Shown here: in pieces, positions 9,626 to 17,504 of the stretch
Layout: every line of letters begins with the position of its first letter
How positions within the stretch are numbered: position 1 is the stretch's first letter
Sequence record: PP239276.1
Reading direction: 5' to 3' (one strand)
DNA from: Escherichia phage BME3
Length of the DNA: 64,000 nucleotides
The notes under the pieces: generated by a model
Databases searched by the model: none
The model's input: the letters and a program-made list of their open reading frames with translations, nothing else
What the model was told of the DNA's origin: nothing
Position numbers and translations under genes: made by a program

Positions 9626-9710
9626 ATGGTAGCTAAGGTGAGACTCGAACTCACAATCCCTTGGGGCAATACGTTCTAAGCGTATCGTGTATACCATTCC
9701 ACCACTTAGC
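9626..9710 (-). tRNA. tRNA-Leu (anticodon UAG), type II
   Basis: 85 nt with long variable arm; anticodon arm ATACG/CTTAGAA/CGTAT; T-arm GTGAG/TTCGAGT/CTCAC. Confidence 0.6.
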
Positions 9711-9787
9711 CATAAAAATACACCACTGTAAGAAGCCTCAATGTGCTATTGACAGTTAACCAAGTCTACTCCTTGGATGGTGATATT

Positions 9788-9862
9788 TGGTGCAGAGAGA
9801 TGGTAACGATCCATCCTTTCTACCTTTTCAGGGTAGCACTAATCCGTCTCAGCTATCTCTGC
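9788..9862 (-). tRNA. tRNA-Phe (anticodon GAA)
   Basis: Acceptor GCAGAGA/TCTCTGC, anticodon arm CTACC/CTGAAAA/GGTAG; T-loop ATCGTTA is non-canonical. Confidence 0.5.
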
Positions 9863-9867
9863 AAATT

Positions 9868-9943
9868 TGGTCAGTGCGGCAGGACTCGAACCTGCGACCT
9901 GAAGCGTCCAAGGCTCCCACGCTACCAACTGCGCTACGCACTG
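9868..9943 (-). tRNA. tRNA-Pro (anticodon UGG)
   Basis: Perfect acceptor CAGTGCG/CGCACTG, D-arm GCGC..GCGT, anticodon arm GGAGC/CTTGGAC/GCTTC, T-arm GCAGG/TTCGAGT/CCTGC, CCA encoded. Confidence 0.7.
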
Positions 9944-9950
9944 TAAATCT

Positions 9951-10025
9951 TGGCTGGAGATCTAGGAATCGAACCTAGTCATCACGACTTCAAAGGCCGT
10001 TGCCTTCCCACTAGGCTAATCTCCA
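9951..10025 (-). tRNA. tRNA-Gln (anticodon UUG)
   Basis: Acceptor TGGAGAT/ATCTCCA, anticodon arm ACGGC/CTTTGAA/GTCGT, T-arm CTAGG/TTCGATT/CCTAG. Confidence 0.6.
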
Positions 10026-10124
10026 ATAAAACTAAAAATCACTTAAAAAGAACCGCTAGAGTTTGAAGGAGAAAACCATGAGCGAAAAGAGAAATTTTCT
10101 CTAGCGATTCCATTTAAATAATCT

Positions 10125-10199
10125 TGGAGCGAGTAACAGGACTTGAACCTGCACCTGGAGGGTGGAAACCTCATATGCTACCATTAACACTATACCCGC
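10125..10199 (-). tRNA. tRNA-Gly (anticodon UCC)
   Basis: Acceptor GCGGGTA/TACTCGC, anticodon loop TTTCCAC, T-arm GCAGG/TTCAAGT/CCTGT. Confidence 0.55.
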
Positions 10200-10254
10200 T
10201 TAACAATATTACTCTAACATATTATTAGCCCCTTTGTCAAGAGGCTTTTGATAT

Positions 10255-10584
10255 TTATTTTAAAATAGTAGATGAACCACGTCTGTTTAGATATGCAATA
10301 GTAAAGTCCAAATCACCTATTTCTTCAGGTTCCCACTGACCTTCTAAGCCATAACAAGAACAATGATATGCGTGTACTTCATAAAACAAAGATGTTTTCA
10401 TATCATAAAAATAAACGTGAGATTCACCTTCATAATATGCACAATCATAAGTGGCAGAAAGAATTACAATGTTATCCTTATCTAACTCTACTTCATAATA
10501 TCTTTCAACATCTTCAATATGATCAAAACCATCGAAAACATTGATATTAAAATATTTCTCTAACTCTTTTTCTGTCACATACAC
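10255..10584 (-). CDS. hypothetical protein embedded in tRNA cluster
   Basis: 109-aa ORF with GTG start preceded by AAGGAG RBS; Cys/Tyr/His-rich; no recognisable motif. Confidence 0.5.
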   Translation of the reverse strand: MYVTEKELEKYFNINVFDGFDHIEDVERYYEVELDKDNIVILSATYDCAYYEGESHVYFYDMKTSLFYEVHAYHCSCYGLEGQWEPEEIGDLDFTIAYLNRRGSSTILK

Positions 10585-10601
10585 TCCTTTAGAGTTAAAA
10601 T

Positions 10602-10676
10602 TGGTGCTCCCACAAGGACTCGAACCCTGATAAGTTGCTTACAAGGCAACCGTAATAGCCGTTATACGATAGGAGC
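10602..10676 (-). tRNA. tRNA-Thr (anticodon UGU)
   Basis: Acceptor GCTCCTA/TGGGAGC, anticodon arm GTTGC/CTTGTAA/GCAAC, T-arm CAGGG/TTCGAGT/CCTTG. Confidence 0.65.
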
Positions 10677-10682
10677 AATACT

Positions 10683-10759
10683 TGGACTCGACAGGATTCG
10701 ATACCTGCAATTCCAGAAGCCTCTTGGCGACTGGGGGTTTACCTTAACTCTACAAGTCC
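10683..10759 (-). tRNA. tRNA-like element (non-canonical: 8-nt T-loop, no clear anticodon arm)
   Basis: Acceptor GGACTTG/CGAGTCC and T-stem GCAGG/CCTGT enclose an 8-nt loop TATCGAAT; the interior forms a long hairpin (CCAGTCGCC-AAGA-GGCTTCTGG) rather than D/anticodon arms. Confidence 0.3.
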
Positions 10760-10766
10760 ATAATTC

Positions 10767-10851
10767 TGGCGATGGATCAAGGATTTGAACCTTGCTAGAA
10801 CTTTCGTTCACGGATTAACAGTCCGTCGCCCAACCACTAGGCCAATCCATC
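10767..10851 (-). tRNA. type II (long variable arm) tRNA with GUU (Asn) anticodon; Ser-like body
   Basis: 85 nt; acceptor GATGGAT/ATCCATC, discriminator G, 3-bp D-stem GCC/GGC, anticodon arm ACGGA/CTGTTAA/TCCGT, variable hairpin GAAC-GAAA-GTTC, canonical T-arm CAAGG/TTCAAAT/CCTTG. Confidence 0.5.
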
Positions 10852-10858
10852 TTTAATT

Positions 10859-10945
10859 TGGTGCAGGTAGTTGGACTCGAACCAACGAAGCCCAGAAGGG
10901 CAAGAGATTTACAGTCTCCAGCAATTGCCGCTATGCGATACCTAC
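10859..10945 (-). tRNA. tRNA-Tyr (anticodon GUA), type II
   Basis: 87 nt; acceptor GTAGGTA/TACCTGC, anticodon arm GGAGA/CTGTAAA/TCTCT, long variable arm, T-arm GTTGG/TTCGAGT/CCAAC. Confidence 0.6.
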
Positions 10946-10950
10946 GTGTT

Positions 10951-11026
10951 TGGTACATCGTGAAGGATTCGAACCTTCGACCTTGGAGTTAAAAGCCCCT
11001 TGCTCTACCAACTAAGCTAACGATGT
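10951..11026 (-). tRNA. tRNA-Lys (anticodon UUU)
   Basis: Perfect acceptor ACATCGT/ACGATGT, D-arm GCTT-AGTTGGTA-GAGC, anticodon loop CTTTTAA, T-arm GAAGG/TTCGAAT/CCTTC. Confidence 0.65.
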
Positions 11027-11150
11027 ATAAATTATCTTTAAAATAGCCAGTGTTTGCGGCACTTGACTATGGGATATCGGTAAGATGGTGGGGCCATCTG
11101 CCGAAAGTTTACTCTGTTAAAGTAAGATGACAAGCTACATTAAAGATAAC

Positions 11151-11236
11151 TTGGCGGTAGATGTAGGACTTGAACCTACACGCCGTTTCCGACGACAGTT
11201 TAGCAAACTGTTGTGGCTACCATTTCACCAATCTAC
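11151..11236 (-). tRNA. tRNA-Ser (anticodon GCU), type II
   Basis: 86 nt; acceptor GGTAGAT/ATCTACC, discriminator G, 3-bp D-stem GTG/CAC, anticodon arm ACAGT/TTGCTAA/ACTGT, long variable arm. Confidence 0.65.
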
Positions 11237-11245
11237 CGTTCTTAA

Positions 11246-11446
11246 TTATTCAAAACAACCGGAATCTTTTTGTTCTGCTTTTACCATACGAATATTTTTA
11301 CCATCTTCAGATTGTTGAAGATTAGAATACTCATAAATAACTTTATTATCTACAATCTTAACTCCGGTAACAACCTGTCCAATAGTTTTATAATTCATAA
11401 AGCTCCTAGTTGAATTTGGAGGAAGATAATGGAGTCGAACCATCAC
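11246..11446 (-). CDS. small hypothetical protein
   Basis: Track ORF overlaps tRNA-Ser(UGA) 3' end; AGGAG RBS before internal MNYKTIGQ suggests a ~50-aa product starting near 11398. Confidence 0.3.
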   Translation of the reverse strand: MMVRLHYLPPNSTRSFMNYKTIGQVVTGVKIVDNKVIYEYSNLQQSEDGKNIRMVKAEQKDSGCFE

Positions 11447-11506
11447 CGTATCGCTACAATGGGCCAGGGTTCAAACCTGGTTGCGCACCGCTGCGCCCTA
11501 CCTTCC
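11417..11506 (-). tRNA. tRNA-Ser (anticodon UGA), type II
   Basis: 90 nt; anticodon arm CCAGG/TTTGAAC/CCTGG, long variable arm, T-arm GATGG/TTCGACT/CCATT. Confidence 0.6.
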
Positions 11507-11569
11507 CGTTATCATACTTTAAATCTAACATAAAACTATGTTGCTTGTCAAGTAGTTTTTAAAACTTTT

Positions 11570-11651
11570 TGGCCGGGGTGACAGGATTCGAACCTGCATA
11601 CTCCAATTACTCGGTTAACGCCTGATTAGAAGTCAGGTGAGATACACCCCG
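11570..11651 (-). tRNA. tRNA-like element with Arg-type anticodon arm (UCU); D-arm not resolvable
   Basis: Acceptor CGGGGTG/CACCCCG and canonical T-arm; stem-loop CCTGA/CTTCTAA/TCAGG sits only 7 nt after the acceptor, followed by a 23-nt extra region. Confidence 0.35.
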
Positions 11652-11723
11652 TTTTCACAGTAACTATAACAAAAAACTAAGTAAATGTCAAGATATTTTT
11701 TACTAAATTGCTATTTAAATTGA

Positions 11724-11829
11724 AGCCTAGTTATGGAATCGAACCATATTTCGTATTTAGTTAGACAAAGCGATCTAACATATTTTTCAGGCTTTGATGG
11801 CCTCGGAATTACCAAATACCCTACCAGGC
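11724..11829 (-). tRNA. tRNA-like element (over-long, 8-nt internal loop; possible pseudo-tRNA or structured RNA)
   Basis: Canonical T-arm TATGG/TTCGATT/CCATA and 7-bp acceptor pairing spanning about 106 nt; interior contains hairpin GTTAGA-TCGCTTTG-TCTAAC instead of a canonical anticodon arm. Confidence 0.25.
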
Positions 11830-11831
11830 GT

Positions 11832-11917
11832 TGGTGCAAGTGGAGGGATTCGAACCCTCAATCATTTAAGCGTTGCGTTTTAAGCACAATGTGTATCACC
11901 AATTCCACCACACTTGC
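11832..11917 (-). tRNA. tRNA-Leu (anticodon UAA), type II
   Basis: 86 nt; perfect acceptor GCAAGTG/CACTTGC, anticodon arm TTGTG/CTTAAAA/CGCAA, long variable arm, T-arm GAGGG/TTCGAAT/CCCTC. Confidence 0.6.
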
Positions 11918-11948
11918 ATATAGGAGATGCATAGCACCTCCTTTTAAA

Positions 11949-12024
11949 TGGTGGTTCCCCAGGGTTACAATCCCTGCCCTCGACACTTATGAGGTGTGCG
12001 CTCTCGTCAGTGAGCTATGGAACC
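11949..12024 (-). tRNA. tRNA with CAU anticodon (third CAU species; Met/fMet/Ile2)
   Basis: Acceptor GGTTCCA/GGGAACC, D-arm GCTC..GAGC, anticodon arm CACAC/CTCATAA/GTGTC; T-loop ATTGTAA is non-canonical. Confidence 0.5.
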
Positions 12025-12031
12025 TTGAATA

Positions 12032-12298
12032 TTAAGCATACTGGGTCATTTCACCAGCTTCGCGTTTCTCCAGAAGAACTGTAATCAAAGCAATAGCTGC
12101 TTCTTCTTCGTGAGGAAGCCCCATTTCATCCAGAAGAGCAAGGAAGTCAATTACCAAACTTTCTGTTTTAAGGCTCACGCTACCATTTTCGTTTTCAGTA
12201 AGAACTGATTCAGGTTCAAAAATAAAGATTGCTCCACCTTTATTATCAATCAATACGTGCTTCTCAATCAATTCTTTACCATAAGTACGTTCTGTCAT
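12032..12298 (-). CDS. hypothetical protein
   Basis: 88-aa ORF with AAAGGAG RBS; acidic C-terminal half; no motif recognised. Confidence 0.5.
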   Translation of the reverse strand: MTERTYGKELIEKHVLIDNKGGAIFIFEPESVLTENENGSVSLKTESLVIDFLALLDEMGLPHEEEAAIALITVLLEKREAGEMTQYA

Positions 12299-12478
12299 AG
12301 TTTTCTCCTTTTTGTTTAACTTGTGCTTATCTTAGCAAATAACTAGCTATGTTGTCAACTAGTTTTTACAATATTTTTTCTTGATCTGTAACCTAGTGTA
12401 TAACCACATACAAAAGATACAATAGCAATAAAAACAGATAAGCCAAAAATAATTTCTGTAGACATACTGTTTCCTTAA

Positions 12479-12700
12479 TTATGTGAAATCTAATTCCTCC
12501 TCTGGTGCTGTGTAATTTAGAAGAAGATCAGTTACACTTTGATGTTGATAAACCCTTTCGGGACTGTCATCGAATGCCAAACTTGTACAAATCGAGCATA
12601 GATCCGACTCTTGAATATTACCATTCCTGTCTCTACGGGAGTGATTAGTCAAGTGTCTGTTACAGGCTCGGCAACGAAAATAAAAATTATGTTGTTTCAT
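12479..12700 (-). CDS. small zinc-ribbon protein with NrdB-like C-terminal tail
   Basis: 73 aa; CRAC...CSIC (four Cys); C-terminus ...APEEELDFT shares EEELDF with the C-terminus of the nrdB product in this window. Confidence 0.5.
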   Translation of the reverse strand: MKQHNFYFRCRACNRHLTNHSRRDRNGNIQESDLCSICTSLAFDDSPERVYQHQSVTDLLLNYTAPEEELDFT

Positions 12701-12771
12701 AAATCCTTCGTGAAGCCCATCCAGGGCAGTTATAGGCTCTCCTTACCTTAATCTTATCACGAAGTTTTTAT

Positions 12772-14505
12772 TTAGTCAACCTGGATGGTTCCCATAGTAC
12801 GAAGAACCTCTACGTCAACACGGTTGCGGATATCAGTGAATGTTTCATCACGTCCTTCTACTTGTGGTGTAATAACCTTACCATCTTTGAAGATAACTTG
12901 TAACTCATTGTCTTCATCCTGGATATCTTTAAAAGAAAGATTATCTACAAGAGAAAGATTACCATTAGTATCCTTAACAACCTTAATAAAACCTTTTGCA
13001 GAGCGTTTACCAGGATCAGTTTTAGGCTCCTTACTTACCAAAATTTCGTGTTCACCGATGATGCTACCTGTTGCTTTAACAGCAAAGCCAAAAGTATCTC
13101 GTGTATTGAACTGATAAGTATAACTACCAACACCAAATACAATATTGGAAGCAGCAAAGCCTTTCTTCTTCAGTCGGCGTAAGATTTCGTGTTCTCGTTC
13201 AACAGTAATAGAATCACCATAAATCATACCGATGTGCTGATCAAGAACCTTGTAGCCTTTTCGGTTGATAGTACCGCCAAACACTTCCCAAAGGATTTGA
13301 ATAGAACCTACTGCTTCACAATAAGGAATCTCATAAGTTTCATCAATACAATCAGCAACGCTACAATCCTGAAGAACATTGTAATACTTATTAACATCAG
13401 CCAAATGAACTACTTCAGTGGCTGTCGCAATACCATTATTTAAAAGGTCTTCATAGTTATCAAAAGATTCAACATTGTATCCTGCAACAACTTTAACCGG
13501 ATCTCCTGAATCTGGACGAATAACAAGACGACCATTTCGTGACATAATGGACTCTTTCAATTCTACCAGAATGCGAGTCAAGACAGCCCAGTAATCATAA
13601 GAATCTGCTACATATGAACAAAAACCTTCTGGAACAATTTCTTCAATATAGCGGCGAAGAAACTCTTTCTCTGCTACATAACGAAGCCCATCAACATCAT
13701 CTTTAAGATGTGGGAAATGTTTCTTCAGATCTTCAACAATAGCTCCAATGTTAGTCGTTGCTACTGAATGTTCTGTTGCCGGAATAGAACCTGCAACAAA
13801 TTGATCATAATCAATACCATAATAATCATGCACAGTTTCAATAGCCAGAATATTATCTGTTCCTGTGAAAGATGCCAAATGAGCGATACCACTCTTATAA
13901 CCATCTTCGATATTGCTTAAGCCACGTAGACTAAAATCATGACACTGGAAATTAACGTGATCAATGTTATCACACGTTGCCATCGCATACGCCATAGCGA
14001 TACGCTTATACTGAAAAGCTGCTGTGGCATTAGTCATTGTCTTCCAAGTTTCATCTGACAAGAGTGTTTCAACATAGTTAGTTAACCAAAAGAATTTTTC
14101 TAAAGTGTTATGCACAGTAAACACAGGAACACCAATAGGGCACAAAACACCTTCTGGCAGAGATCGAACTTCTAGCGGAAGATAACCTAAATCGTGCAAT
14201 TCTCCCCAACATTCAGCAGAAGGAGCAGAAGCACCTAATGCATTTTTAGACATACGATAAAATTTATTTACTGCTGCACTACGAGACATTTTAAAGAAGC
14301 TGTCCCACATAGTTACAAGAGCATCAGTAACTGCTCGACGAATACCTAAAACAATAACACCACGTGCTTCACGATCTGCATAATGTGCAAAGTTTTTATC
14401 ATTACGAGGAGTTAAATTAGAGAAAATGAGTTTTGTATTTTGGTTGTACATCTGCTTGTGACCAGGTTTATACCAATCAGTAGCAAAAGGTGCAAAAATA
14501 TTCAT
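12772..14505 (-). CDS. nadV: nicotinamide phosphoribosyltransferase-like protein (NAMPT family; NARP1 Namat-like)
   Basis: 577 aa; NAMPT hallmarks TDWYK, PEGVLCPIGVPVFTVHNT..FWLTNYVET, HDFSLRG, IRPDSGDP. Confidence 0.85.
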   Translation of the reverse strand: MNIFAPFATDWYKPGHKQMYNQNTKLIFSNLTPRNDKNFAHYADREARGVIVLGIRRAVTDALVTMWDSFFKMSRSAAVNKFYRMSKNALGASAPSAECWGELHDLGYLPLEVRSLPEGVLCPIGVPVFTVHNTLEKFFWLTNYVETLLSDETWKTMTNATAAFQYKRIAMAYAMATCDNIDHVNFQCHDFSLRGLSNIEDGYKSGIAHLASFTGTDNILAIETVHDYYGIDYDQFVAGSIPATEHSVATTNIGAIVEDLKKHFPHLKDDVDGLRYVAEKEFLRRYIEEIVPEGFCSYVADSYDYWAVLTRILVELKESIMSRNGRLVIRPDSGDPVKVVAGYNVESFDNYEDLLNNGIATATEVVHLADVNKYYNVLQDCSVADCIDETYEIPYCEAVGSIQILWEVFGGTINRKGYKVLDQHIGMIYGDSITVEREHEILRRLKKKGFAASNIVFGVGSYTYQFNTRDTFGFAVKATGSIIGEHEILVSKEPKTDPGKRSAKGFIKVVKDTNGNLSLVDNLSFKDIQDEDNELQVIFKDGKVITPQVEGRDETFTDIRNRVDVEVLRTMGTIQVD

Positions 14506-14576
14506 AGTTATGTCTCCTTGTTTGTTAGTGTGGGAGTATCTTACTAAGCATACTCCCTATTGTCAACACTTATTAT

Positions 14577-15470
14577 TTAAAAATTCCACACGTATGGAGA
14601 TACAATTTGTTGTTGCAAATCTGACTGATTCTTAACAAGAACACCGGAATCTTCTTGGATGTTATCTTCCCACACATTAAGAGAATGAATGCAGTCAAAG
14701 TGCTCACTTAACTCTTTAAGACCTTTAGAAAAGATACCGTGTGTAACATATAGCTCAATCTTACCTGCGTTACGAGCACGTAGCACTTTAGCCAATTCGA
14801 TAAAAGTTCTACCACCATCACAGATATCATCTACGATCATCAGGTTACGCTTATTGAAATCCTGTACAGAAATGTCTGTACGAACAATAGCACCTGTTGC
14901 AGTATCTCTAACCTTCTCTGCACAGAACACATCTAAAGACATTTTCTTAGATAATTTAAATATTTTCTTAAGAGCACCACCATCAGGACTAACAAGAGCA
15001 AAATTCTCCATACGTAACTTCCACTTTAAAGTTTCGTAAGCAATCTCTTCTTGAGGTATTACATAGAGTCTGTCAAACACTGCTGGAGTAACATCGCTAT
15101 GTGGATCAGCAACGATAACACGTGAGAAATTTAATGAATTAATTATAGAAGCAAATGCTTTAACTCCGAATGCTTCCCCAGGCTCACACACTCTGTCTTG
15201 TCGTGCATACGGTACATACAGCATGAGTAAATCAACACAATATGGTTTATGATATAGCATATTGTCCAATGCATTCTTAGTCATAACCAAAGTCATCAAG
15301 TCTTTAGCAGATCTTACTTCTAAAGAGAGTAAGATTCTGTCTGTAGCATGATTGAAACCTGATAGATTCGTATCTAGTTGAACATGTTGTTCTCCACCAG
15401 AGAATGTAAAGACTTTAACGTCTACATCAGTAACATAACAGTCAACACCATGTAGAATACTAACTTTCAT
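14577..15470 (-). CDS. prs: ribose-phosphate pyrophosphokinase-like protein (PRPP synthetase family; NARP1 Adps-like)
   Basis: 297 aa; Prs motifs PYARQDR, LVSPDGGA, MIVDDICDGGRT; directly upstream of the NAMPT-like gene on the same strand. Confidence 0.85.
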   Translation of the reverse strand: MKVSILHGVDCYVTDVDVKVFTFSGGEQHVQLDTNLSGFNHATDRILLSLEVRSAKDLMTLVMTKNALDNMLYHKPYCVDLLMLYVPYARQDRVCEPGEAFGVKAFASIINSLNFSRVIVADPHSDVTPAVFDRLYVIPQEEIAYETLKWKLRMENFALVSPDGGALKKIFKLSKKMSLDVFCAEKVRDTATGAIVRTDISVQDFNKRNLMIVDDICDGGRTFIELAKVLRARNAGKIELYVTHGIFSKGLKELSEHFDCIHSLNVWEDNIQEDSGVLVKNQSDLQQQIVSPYVWNF

Positions 15471-15880
15471 TATTTATCTCCTTAGTTGAGTTAGGACTTT
15501 ATGTTCTCTACTCTACATACAGATAGATCTAAAGTCAATAGATATTTATTATTTAATTAATAATAAAATTAATAAAGAATCTATTGTTAGTATAGAGCAT
15601 GTATGTTAGTATTATAGACATAACATAGTGCTATATGTAGACTACTCAGTTGTCTGTTAGATCATGTATCACAAGATTAGATAACACCCCCCTCGCTGCG
15701 CTCGGCGTTTTTCGGGGGTTAGGGTAGCATACTTTTTTGAGTTTGTCAACACCTTTTTAGATTATTTTTAAATACAACCTAAACCTCCTAAAAACGATTG
15801 TAACGAGTTTTACTGTGAGGTAAGGTGATTGCATATCTTAGAGGCTATTAGCTCGTTACAGAGCTATACAGGAGGGAATA

Positions 15881-16249
15881 ATGAGGGTCACACGTTACGT
15901 TAGAAGTGAAACAATAGATGGAGGCATAATGTATGCTTTCTACGATGATAAAACTTTTTGTTCTGCGTTCTATGAAGAAGACTTGTCTACGGAATGGCAA
16001 CAAATCATCTTCTTACTTGACATTTTGAAAAGAAGAGATAACTTTGAAGGTATTGAGTGGACAGCGGGAAGCAAAGTTATCGTTGCAGGTTTAAGCAAAC
16101 ATGAATTGCTTGACTTAGACTGTAAACTTTGTAATTATCAATTCTCAAAACGTTTACCATTAGAAAGACAGTTAGGAGTTGAGATTCATGTTGACTTGGG
16201 CGATGGAGTATCCTATACTCTCAACAATCATAGTGCTGACATTAATTAG
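15881..16249 (+). CDS. hypothetical early protein
   Basis: 122-aa ORF, first gene of plus-strand block after the ~410-bp divergent intergenic region; GGAGGG RBS. Confidence 0.5.
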   Translation: MRVTRYVRSETIDGGIMYAFYDDKTFCSAFYEEDLSTEWQQIIFLLDILKRRDNFEGIEWTAGSKVIVAGLSKHELLDLDCKLCNYQFSKRLPLERQLGVEIHVDLGDGVSYTLNNHSADIN

Positions 16250-16315
16250 TGGAATCACAAAGTGCGTCACAAGCATTTGCGATTGTTTAACACATTTTAA
16301 ACAAAGGAAAAATAA

Positions 16316-16513
16316 ATGAATCAAACTATGCAAACAATCTATAGAGTCATCCTTGGTGAGTTCCATGTTGTTAAGTCAACATTGAATTATGAAGAAGCTA
16401 AAGAGAATTTCTTGCTATGGGTTGAAGCCTTCTCTGAAGTTGAAAAGGTAAGTTACAATTGTGTAACTTTAACTGCTGATCACGTACCTGTATTGGAGTT
16501 TATTAAGAAATGA
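16316..16513 (+). CDS. hypothetical protein
   Basis: 65-aa ORF with AAAGGAAA RBS. Confidence 0.45.
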   Translation: MNQTMQTIYRVILGEFHVVKSTLNYEEAKENFLLWVEAFSEVEKVSYNCVTLTADHVPVLEFIKK

Positions 16514-16749
16514 AAAAAGAAATTTTAACTGATGTAACATATTCTTGTATTAGCAAAGGCGGTTTATATCGTGTAGTTGGTTTTCCTAAACCAGCGGGTG
16601 TATCTAAAGTATTTGATCCTGTTGTGATCTACGAAGATGTAAGGACTGGTCAACAGTATTGGCGATTCCAGCAAGATTTCTTACACCGCATGGAGGTTGT
16701 TGATGGCGAAAACACCGAAGAAGCGATCCGTAACAAAGCGCGCATCTAA
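16510..16749 (+). CDS. hypothetical protein
   Basis: 79-aa ORF; start overlaps previous stop. Confidence 0.4.
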   Translation: MKKEILTDVTYSCISKGGLYRVVGFPKPAGVSKVFDPVVIYEDVRTGQQYWRFQQDFLHRMEVVDGENTEEAIRNKARI

Positions 16750-17038
16750 AGATGGGGCGGCAAAAGCCGCTCCTAAGAAACAAAAATTTGACACAGAGGC
16801 TTTTGTCTTTGATACTCCAATAGAAAAGATAGAAGAAGCTCTTGCTAAATTTGAAGCACGTGATGCAGATCCTATGGCAGATCCTTTCACAGAAGATGAA
16901 TTGTACTGGTTTGGCTGGTGGGTTTTGAATCTACCAGAAGCTAAAAAACGAGGAATGAAGTCAGTTCCTATTTGCGCAAAAGAGTCGGCTGTGTTAGGTT
17001 TATACGAGAAGCCTAAAAGAAGGAGCAAAAAGAAATGA
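16697..17038 (+). CDS. lysine-rich basic protein (possible DNA-binding)
   Basis: GGAGG RBS 6 nt before ATG at ~16703 (MAKTPKKRSVTKRASKDGAAKAAPKKQKF...); C-terminus KPKRRSKKK; histone-H1-like composition. Confidence 0.5.
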   Translation: MLMAKTPKKRSVTKRASKDGAAKAAPKKQKFDTEAFVFDTPIEKIEEALAKFEARDADPMADPFTEDELYWFGWWVLNLPEAKKRGMKSVPICAKESAVLGLYEKPKRRSKKK

Positions 17039-17313
17039 GAAAAACTTATCTGAAGTGTTTGTCTGTTGTGCAAAATGAATGGTATTCAGGTTTGCTGACA
17101 GCAGGTAAGAAATATGAAGTGCTCAATAAACCAGGGGCAAGATTTTCATTAATTAAGAACGACGAAGGCACTGAAATGCTTATTTCAGTTGCAGATTCTG
17201 TGTATGGCACTTTTGAGTTGGTCTATGAATATGTACCAATTATTCTTGAATACAGCGGTACAAACAAGCCTTACACAGCTTTAGATGTGATCAACAACAA
17301 AAGGAATAAGTAA
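17035..17313 (+). CDS. hypothetical protein
   Basis: 92-aa ORF, start overlaps previous stop. Confidence 0.5.
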   Translation: MRKTYLKCLSVVQNEWYSGLLTAGKKYEVLNKPGARFSLIKNDEGTEMLISVADSVYGTFELVYEYVPIILEYSGTNKPYTALDVINNKRNK

Positions 17314-17504
17314 TGTTTCTTATTTATTCAGGTAAAGCCAAATACATGCAAGGTGTAAAGCGTGTAGAAGTAGTAGATACTGTAACTATAGGAAAATCCT
17401 TTATTCTTTATTTGTTTTATATCAATGGAGAAAGATTTGCTGTTTCTAAGAAGTTGGTAGATAATGGTAAAACTTGGAAAGAAGAGAAACAGGAAGGGGG
17501 TTGA
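17313..17504 (+). CDS. hypothetical protein
   Basis: 63-aa ORF. Confidence 0.4.
   Translation: MFLIYSGKAKYMQGVKRVEVVDTVTIGKSFILYLFYINGERFAVSKKLVDNGKTWKEEKQEGG

Noticed and set aside
10026-10124. tRNA or small ORF in the spacer (CTAGAG...CTCTAG inverted repeat enclosing ATG AGC GAA AAG AGA AAT TTT CTC TAG)
   Set aside because: No cloverleaf elements; the enclosed ORF is only 8 codons. Probably a structural spacer.
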